From sequence record SRR20825019_1004: DNA of 64,000 nt, one strand, 5' to 3'. The position numbers and the translations under genes are program-made. Of the stretch, positions 57,714-64,000 are shown in pieces (positions within the stretch are counted from its first letter, which is position 1; each line of letters starts with the position of its first letter). The notes below the pieces were generated by a model. It did not search any database and had not been told where the DNA came from. It saw only the letters and a program-made list of their open reading frames with translations.

Positions 57714-58415
57714 ATGATGAAGCGGATATTTTTTGTATTACTTATTGGAATTACAGTGTTGTCTTGTGAAAAAAACACAGAAAACACCATGACCGTTAGC
57801 GGAAATATTAAAGGGTTAAAGAAAGGAACCCTGTATTTGCAACAATTCAAAGATTCCACGTTGGCCGTTTTGGATTCATTGGAGATAAAGGGTGATGGCG
57901 CTTTCAGTTTTTCTACTGAGGTAAGCGAACCAGAAGTGTTTTATCTCTACCTACAGAAGAAAGACAATAACGACATTAACGATAGAATCACTTTTTTCGG
58001 GGAGCCAGGAACCATTACCATTAATACGGCTTGGAACACTTTTGATACGGATGTTGAGATTTCAGGTTCCAAATCGCATGAAAAGCTTTTGGAGTTTCAC
58101 GAAATGGCCTCTAAATTCAATATCAAGGAATTGGGACTATTGCAACAAGCTTCTGGTCTCGACACTGAGAAAGATTCCTTGGTCTTGGATTCTTTGCAAA
58201 GGTTGGTCAATCAAAATACAATAAGCAGATATAGGTATGCCTTAAATTTCGGCCTGAATAATGGAAACTCTTATGCAACGCCTTACATTATGATGACCGA
58301 AGCGAGCGAAGCCAATCCAAAATATCTGGATTCCATTTATAAAGGATTGACACCAGAGGTAGCTGCTTCCAAATACGGAAAGGACTTTAAAGCGTTCTTG
58401 GACAAGAATAACTAG
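57714..58415 (+). CDS. DUF4369 domain lipoprotein
   Basis: Lipobox VLSC; GNIKGLKKGTLYL N-domain. Confidence 0.82.
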   Translation: MMKRIFFVLLIGITVLSCEKNTENTMTVSGNIKGLKKGTLYLQQFKDSTLAVLDSLEIKGDGAFSFSTEVSEPEVFYLYLQKKDNNDINDRITFFGEPGTITINTAWNTFDTDVEISGSKSHEKLLEFHEMASKFNIKELGLLQQASGLDTEKDSLVLDSLQRLVNQNTISRYRYALNFGLNNGNSYATPYIMMTEASEANPKYLDSIYKGLTPEVAASKYGKDFKAFLDKNN

Positions 58416-58684
58416 GCTTCCAAATTATTCAACTGTTCCACAAGCTTGGTGGCCTTTTCCTCCAGTTCCGTGCGAATGGCTTTAAAGTGAGCCCTGTTGT
58501 CCTCCAACTTTTTTTGGTTGACCTTGTTCATAAGGTCGTCATAAACCTCAATGGCTTCGTCTATGATTACGGTACCTTCTTCCGACTCCTTGTTTCCTGA
58601 GCCGGCTTCCCATATATAAACAGCTTCAATAATGTCTCCCAGTACAAAATTGATATCTTTCTTTAAATCACGAATACTTGGCAT
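58412..58684 (-). CDS. Conserved hypothetical helical protein
   Basis: 90 aa (RDLKKDINFVLGDII); last gene of the minus-strand run. Confidence 0.8.
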   Translation of the reverse strand: MPSIRDLKKDINFVLGDIIEAVYIWEAGSGNKESEEGTVIIDEAIEVYDDLMNKVNQKKLEDNRAHFKAIRTELEEKATKLVEQLNNLEA

Positions 58685-58712
58685 AACGCGGTTGTTTTTA
58701 TTAAATATACCA

Positions 58713-59681
58713 CTAAATAGTAACTTCTAAAAGTTTAGCTCCTTCTGTGTCAATATCCACATAAGTACTTGATGCTGAAATTAAGACGGTTTCCCCTTTT
58801 GTTATGGCAACACTGTCCCAATCGTTTTTAATTTGGGCAGCACCTCCTACGCACATGAAAATGGTAAAGGAGTCTCGCTGGGTCAAATCTTGTTTCATGG
58901 ACTTGGTCAGCTCCAAAAAGTCCGTTTTAAAATAGGGACAATCCACCATTGAATTAACCTGGTCTTGATTCTTGACATATTCCACTTTAAAGTCATCCTT
59001 CTTCTCATAGTCTATGGCATCGACCGCCAAACTGGTGTGCAATTCCCTTAAATTACCTTCCTTGTCCCTGCGGTTAAAATCGAACACGCGATAGGTAACA
59101 TCGGAGGTTTGTTGGATTTCGGCCAAAAGTACTCCTGCTCCAATGGCATGTATTTTTCCGGTATTGATAAAAAAGGTATCTCCCTCGCTTACTTCCTCAT
59201 AGTTCATTAAATCGGTCAAGGTACCTTCCTCAAGGCTCTTTACATATTCGCCTTTTTCTACATCCTTATTAAAGCCGACAATCAACTTTGCACCGGGGTC
59301 GGCATCCATAATGTACCACATCTCAGTTTTTCCAAAGGAATTGTGTCTTTCTTTGGCCAATTCATCATTTGGATGCAACTGTATGGAAAGGTCCTGCTTT
59401 GCATCAATAAATTTGATGAGTATGGGAAAATCGTTCCCAAAACGTTCCACGACACTCTTTCCTAAAAGTGCTTCGCCATGTTCGTCCATCAAGCTCTGAA
59501 GCGAAGTCCCGGACAAATCTCCATTTGATACTTCGGAAATATCCCCTTCTACCCCCGAAAGTTCCCAGCTTTCACCGGTGATATCACTTTCAATAGGTTT
59601 ATGCAATACATCTTTTAACTTGGTTCCTCCCCAAAGTCGTTCTTTAAGGATAGGTTTAAATTTTAACGGGTATAGGTTCAT
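58713..59681 (-). CDS. manA: Mannose-6-phosphate isomerase, type I
   Basis: WGG, GESWE, LSIQLHP, KTEMW, HAIG and EIQQTSDVTYR motifs. Confidence 0.94.
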   Translation of the reverse strand: MNLYPLKFKPILKERLWGGTKLKDVLHKPIESDITGESWELSGVEGDISEVSNGDLSGTSLQSLMDEHGEALLGKSVVERFGNDFPILIKFIDAKQDLSIQLHPNDELAKERHNSFGKTEMWYIMDADPGAKLIVGFNKDVEKGEYVKSLEEGTLTDLMNYEEVSEGDTFFINTGKIHAIGAGVLLAEIQQTSDVTYRVFDFNRRDKEGNLRELHTSLAVDAIDYEKKDDFKVEYVKNQDQVNSMVDCPYFKTDFLELTKSMKQDLTQRDSFTIFMCVGGAAQIKNDWDSVAITKGETVLISASSTYVDIDTEGAKLLEVTI

Positions 59682-59685
59682 TGTG

Positions 59686-60093
59686 CTATCCTGTATAGGT
59701 TACAAAGTTTCGAGGTGTTTCATAAAGCACTACCTCCAACTCTTTAGTTTGTTCTATATGTGGTCTTAACTTGTTCCATATTACCACCGCTATATTTTCT
59801 GCGGTGGGATTCAGGCCTTTAAATTCAGGAACATCGAGGTTCAGGTTCTTATGGTCCAATGCCTCCTCTACATGTTCCTTAATCAACTCCTTAAGTACTT
59901 TTAGGTCCATTACAAAGCCTGTTTCCGGATTTATTTCCCCGGTAACGCTCACTATAAGGTCATAATTATGCCCATGATATTTAGGGTTGTTGCATTTACC
60001 AAAAACGGCTTTGTTCTTTTCATCGTCCCAATCTGGGCGATGTAATCTGTGCGCAGCATTGAAACTGGCCTTTCTACTCGCTTTTACTTTCAT
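59686..60093 (-). CDS. queD: 6-carboxytetrahydropterin synthase / 6-pyruvoyl-tetrahydropterin synthase
   Basis: FNAAHRL, C...HGHNY, LDH, PTAEN and ET motifs. Confidence 0.9.
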   Translation of the reverse strand: MKVKASRKASFNAAHRLHRPDWDDEKNKAVFGKCNNPKYHGHNYDLIVSVTGEINPETGFVMDLKVLKELIKEHVEEALDHKNLNLDVPEFKGLNPTAENIAVVIWNKLRPHIEQTKELEVVLYETPRNFVTYTG

Positions 60094-60623
60094 TATGAGG
60101 GAGTGTTTTGCATAAGATGGTCGTAGAAACGTTCAAAAATAATCTTGAACCATGCCGTGTACTCATTTGGATTTTCCATGATATCATTTTTGATATCCTC
60201 TGGATGCATCCATTTCCAATCGGCAACCTCCTCTGGATTGATATTCGGTTCTTCTTCAAAATAACCTACCATCACATGATCAAACTCGTGTTCCGTAAGG
60301 CCATTATCAAAAGGGGCCTTGTACATAAAATGAAAGAGTTCTTTAAGATCTGTGGTAAAACCCATCTCTTCCATAAGCCTGCGCTTTCCAGCTGTAATAT
60401 TGCTCTCCCCTTCCCTTTGATGACTGCAACATGTGTTGGTCCATAGCAATGGGGAATGGTATTTGTCCTTGGCCCTCTGTTGAAGCATGGTCTCCCCTTT
60501 TTTGTTCATCACAAAAACCGAGAATGCCCTATGGAGCAAAGCCTTTTGATGGGCTTCCATCTTGGGCATAAGGCCAATTGGCTCGTCCTTTTCATTTACA
60601 AGTATCACTTTTTCCTCTATCAT
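60093..60623 (-). CDS. idi: Isopentenyl-diphosphate delta-isomerase, type 1
   Basis: LHRAFSVF, WTNTCCSH and EHEFDH motifs. Confidence 0.96.
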   Translation of the reverse strand: MIEEKVILVNEKDEPIGLMPKMEAHQKALLHRAFSVFVMNKKGETMLQQRAKDKYHSPLLWTNTCCSHQREGESNITAGKRRLMEEMGFTTDLKELFHFMYKAPFDNGLTEHEFDHVMVGYFEEEPNINPEEVADWKWMHPEDIKNDIMENPNEYTAWFKIIFERFYDHLMQNTPS

Positions 60624-60680
60624 GAGGTAAAAATATGACCTTTGAAGTTAAATAAAGATGGATTGATTGATAAATTCTTA

Positions 60681-61634
60681 CTAAAAGAAGCGTGGTGATT
60701 TCAGATTTCCGATGTTCCTGATAAAATCGTAGCGTAGAATAATTTCGAAGGAACCATCATTAAAGGTAGCGGCGCCAAGTTCGGTGATTTCCCTATCATA
60801 TGCCATCCCAACCATAAACTGGTCGGACAACATAAATCCAACTAGACCACTAAAGGCGGCATCCCATCGATAGGCCACTCCCCCGATAAACTTTTCATTG
60901 AACATAAAGTTGGCGGAAAGATCTACCTGCAATGGTGCTCCTTGAACAGCCTTCGTCAATAAAGTGGGTTTGAACTTCAATACTGGATTTAAGTCCCAAA
61001 CATAACCCGTAATCAGGTAAAGGTTAAGCTGTTCCTTGGCGGTGGATACGGAAGAGGAATCAAAGTGGGTGGTCTCCAATATTCGAGGAGCCGACAAACC
61101 AGCATAAAACCTATCGGTGTGATAATACACACCTGCACCGATATTCGGTGAGAACTTATTCTGTATGTCCTGCTGTGATTGTAATTGTGGATCTATCTCG
61201 AACTCATCGAGCTCGGAATATCGAATATCCAACATATGGGCACTGGCCTTGAGCCCAAAACTCAGCTTGCCTTCCAAAGAGGTTTGGATGGTATAGGAGA
61301 AGTCCACATCAAAATAAGTTTCGGACGTAGGTCCTATTTTATCATTCACAATGGATAGTCCAAGACCCACACCACGGTAACCTACCGGTGTATGAGCGTT
61401 CAAGGTCTGTGTTTCCGGTGCTCCATCAAGTCCCAACCATTGGTTTCGGTACAATGCGGCAATGCTCAGATGTCCTCTTGAACCCGCATAGGCCGGATTG
61501 ACACTTACAGTATTGTACATATATTGGGTATACTGTGCATCTTGCTGTGCTTGCATAGTTCCTACTCCAAGCAGAAGTAAAACGAGCAACCATTGGGTTT
61601 GTTCTTTAAAAAGTTTGTTTACCACAGTTACCAT
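60681..61634 (-). CDS. Type IX secretion system PorP/SprF family membrane protein
   Basis: QQDAQYTQYM, NPAYAG, YRNQW, GAPET and C-terminal SPRFF. Confidence 0.95.
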   Translation of the reverse strand: MVTVVNKLFKEQTQWLLVLLLLGVGTMQAQQDAQYTQYMYNTVSVNPAYAGSRGHLSIAALYRNQWLGLDGAPETQTLNAHTPVGYRGVGLGLSIVNDKIGPTSETYFDVDFSYTIQTSLEGKLSFGLKASAHMLDIRYSELDEFEIDPQLQSQQDIQNKFSPNIGAGVYYHTDRFYAGLSAPRILETTHFDSSSVSTAKEQLNLYLITGYVWDLNPVLKFKPTLLTKAVQGAPLQVDLSANFMFNEKFIGGVAYRWDAAFSGLVGFMLSDQFMVGMAYDREITELGAATFNDGSFEIILRYDFIRNIGNLKSPRFF

Positions 61635-61637
61635 TGT

Positions 61638-63666
61638 TTATCTGTTAATGTATATGTAGCCTGTAAGCTGTTTTGTACTACCTCCGTTGTCCTGATAATC
61701 TATCACATAAAAATATGTACCTACCGGAAGTTTATTGTCCTGATCCACGGTAACCCTTCCTTGCGAAGTACCGTCAAAGACATTTCCATTAGTGTTGTAA
61801 CCCTTGGTCTGGAACACCATTACCCCCCATCTGTTGTAAATCCTTACCGTGTTGTTAGGGTAATTCGAGAGTCCTCGGATTTCCAAAACATCGTGTACTC
61901 CATCACCATTGGGCGTAATTACATTGACTACATCTACCTCTTCTTCATCGGTGGTAAGTTCTCCTAAGTCTGGATCTAAATAATCGGGTATTCCGTTCTC
62001 ATTGGCATCATCATTGGCATAGTTTCCATCGCCATTGGTATCTTCATCCATGGTTTCGATACCATCGTCATCGTCATCCGAATCCCTGAAATCCGGTATG
62101 CCATCGCTATCAGTATCGGGCAATGCAGTACTGGGATCATCTATTTCATCATTAACATCGATATCTATAACGGTTTCACCTTCGTAACCATCATCCAGAC
62201 CATCGTTGTCCTTATCGGAGCCTATCAAGCTAACTTCTGGCATACCATCATGGTCATGGTCGTGCGCTTCTATGGCATCAGGAACATTGTCATTATCGCT
62301 ATCCTCATCCACATAATCCGGAATACCATCATTATCGGAATCAATAGGAATCAATCCAATGTTACCATCAACCTCATAGGCATCATCCAATCCGTTGTTG
62401 TTTGCATCAATCAAACTAGGTGGAATGTACCCCAATGCTGGTTGCGCCTCAATATTATCGGGAATACCGTCATTATCACTATCTATATCCAAATAATCAG
62501 GGATACCATCACCATCTGTATCCGTTGGATTGGTTGATGGATCATTATCGTTATCGGCGTTCAAATCCTCAAAGCTGTCCACAATCCCATCATTATCACT
62601 ATCCAAATCAATTCCTGATGGACTTATAATTACAGTAATAGTAGCTGTACCACAATTTCCGTTGGAATCACACACCGTATAATCGAACGAATCTGTTCCT
62701 GTAAAACCTGAGTTTGGTATATAGGTGATATCATCATCCGATGGATTCGTTGCGGTTCCGTTGTTGTTCAATACCACGGTTCCATTTGATGGATCGGTTA
62801 TGCTGATTGTCCCCGAAGTAGGTATATCGTTATCGTTTGCTCTCCATGAAATTGTGGTCTGAACATCGATATCGGTAGAAACTGAATCATCGAATGCATC
62901 CACAATAGGAAGCACATCGACCGTTACCGTAGCCGTACTGCAATCGCCAAAGGAATTACAGATGGTATAGTCAAAACTATCCGGTCCATTATAATCTGGA
63001 TTTGGTGTATAGGTGACCAAATCATCATTAGGATTATTTGATGTTTCCATTATTATCAATGCTGACCATACCGTTCGATGGATTGGTCGCTGTTAAAACG
63101 CCCGTGTTTGGCAAATCGGCATCGTTGTCAAATATGGGAACAATCACGGATGTATCTTCATTGACTGTAACCAAATCATCCATCAAATTAGCAGCTTGGC
63201 TCATACATACCACCGTAAATCGTGGAAGTTCTTTACTGTTACCGACTTTTGTGATTGTGGCAACATACCTCATTACGGTTTGTGTACTTGTAACCGTAGG
63301 TCTGGATTGGTCACCCGATAAGGCAGGAGTCCAGCTTACCGACGCTCCCGAAGGAATACTTGCTGAAATATCCAAAATTACCTGGTTGTTCGGTGCTTCG
63401 CAATCAGTTAGAATAAAATAACCTGTTGCATTGGAACCACAAAGTGTACCGTCATAGGTTGCAAAATACACCCCTGGTTGGGTGGCTTCATAAAATGAAT
63501 TTGTACCCAAAACAGTGCCTGTGTCGGAAGCTTCATACCATTGATAGTTGTGTTCATCTCCAGTATCCGGCGCTTGCAACAAGAACTGGGCACTTGCCAT
63601 ATTCACTCCTGCAAAGAAAATGTACAGTCCAATGAATAAAGACTTATATGAGGTGTTGGATTTCAA
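61638..63666 (-). pseudogene. T9SS type-B CTD surface protein (Ig-like domains + TSP3-like Asp-rich repeats) split by a 1-nt frameshift
   Basis: ORFs 63034-63666 (signal peptide) and 61638-63059 (DxDxDG repeats; CTD ITPNGDG...YNRWG...GTYFY) join into one 675-aa frame if one T is removed at 63044-63046. Either a real lesion or a sequencing error. Confidence 0.8.
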
Positions 63667-63688
63667 ATCTACTTGTCTTTATTCATTA

Positions 63689-64000
63689 TTATTTTACCAC
63701 AAAAACCACGTTTATCAATGCATTATAATCGGCTGGTTGACCAATTATATCATAGGTTAATTGACCATTGGCATCAATACTCATATTATCGAATACAGTT
63801 GGATCTGCATAGGTTATATAATAGTACAACTCTGTTGGTCCGTATGTCGGGATTGCTGCAGGTGCCCCTGCGCTTGCGACTGCCGGTGTTCCGTATTGAG
63901 TTACATATTGAGAATATAAGTTCAAAGTTCTACCTGTTCCATTACTTGAAGCATCTATAGCAATCGAAGGCGGGTAAAAAATTCGTGCCGCTTTGGATGT
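63689..64000 (-). CDS. C-terminal part of a probable surface protein (5' part outside window)
   Basis: Open from the window edge: TSKAARIFYPPSIAID...LYYYITYADPTVF...NALINVVFVVK*. Confidence 0.8.
   Translation of the reverse strand, partial: TSKAARIFYPPSIAIDASSNGTGRTLNLYSQYVTQYGTPAVASAGAPAAIPTYGPTELYYYITYADPTVFDNMSIDANGQLTYDIIGQPADYNALINVVFVVK

Noticed and set aside
61960-62610. Repetitive ATC/GAT-rich DNA resembling a repeat array
   Set aside because: Explained by Asp-rich DxDxDG coding repeats; no CRISPR-like repeat-spacer periodicity.

Overview
Flavobacteriaceae (Bacteroidota) chromosomal segment, probably a marine Muricauda/Flagellimonas/Maribacter-like organism (inferred from gene content, TAnnTTTG promoters, SusC/SusD and T9SS genes). 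It contains an ECF-sigma/FecR/SusC/SusD locus whose cargo is two phosphatases, tRNA-Leu(GAG), a B12-binding MerR regulator with crtI-crtB-crtZ, and many housekeeping genes (aconitase, rimO, ftsY, rpmB-rpmG-bL38, cinA, recR, fabH, htpG, manA, queD, idi). It also has a second ECF/anti-sigma pair and a T9SS type-B cargo/PorP pair whose cargo gene carries a 1-nt frameshift. I saw no mobile elements or CRISPR arrays. The most interesting signal is non-coding. A promoter-like motif TGTAAC/T-N16-17-CGTC occurs four times: both sides of the ECF sigma/DUF6249 divergon, before a TonB-type outer-membrane gene, and before a ~105-nt ORF-less unit ending in a terminator. That unit and a second ~105-nt unit upstream of tetR share one architecture: 5' stem, single-stranded GU-rich TGGTTAG core, terminator. 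This suggests an unannotated sRNA layer, partly under ECF control. All RNA and regulatory calls are by-eye inference and need RNA-seq and covariance tests.
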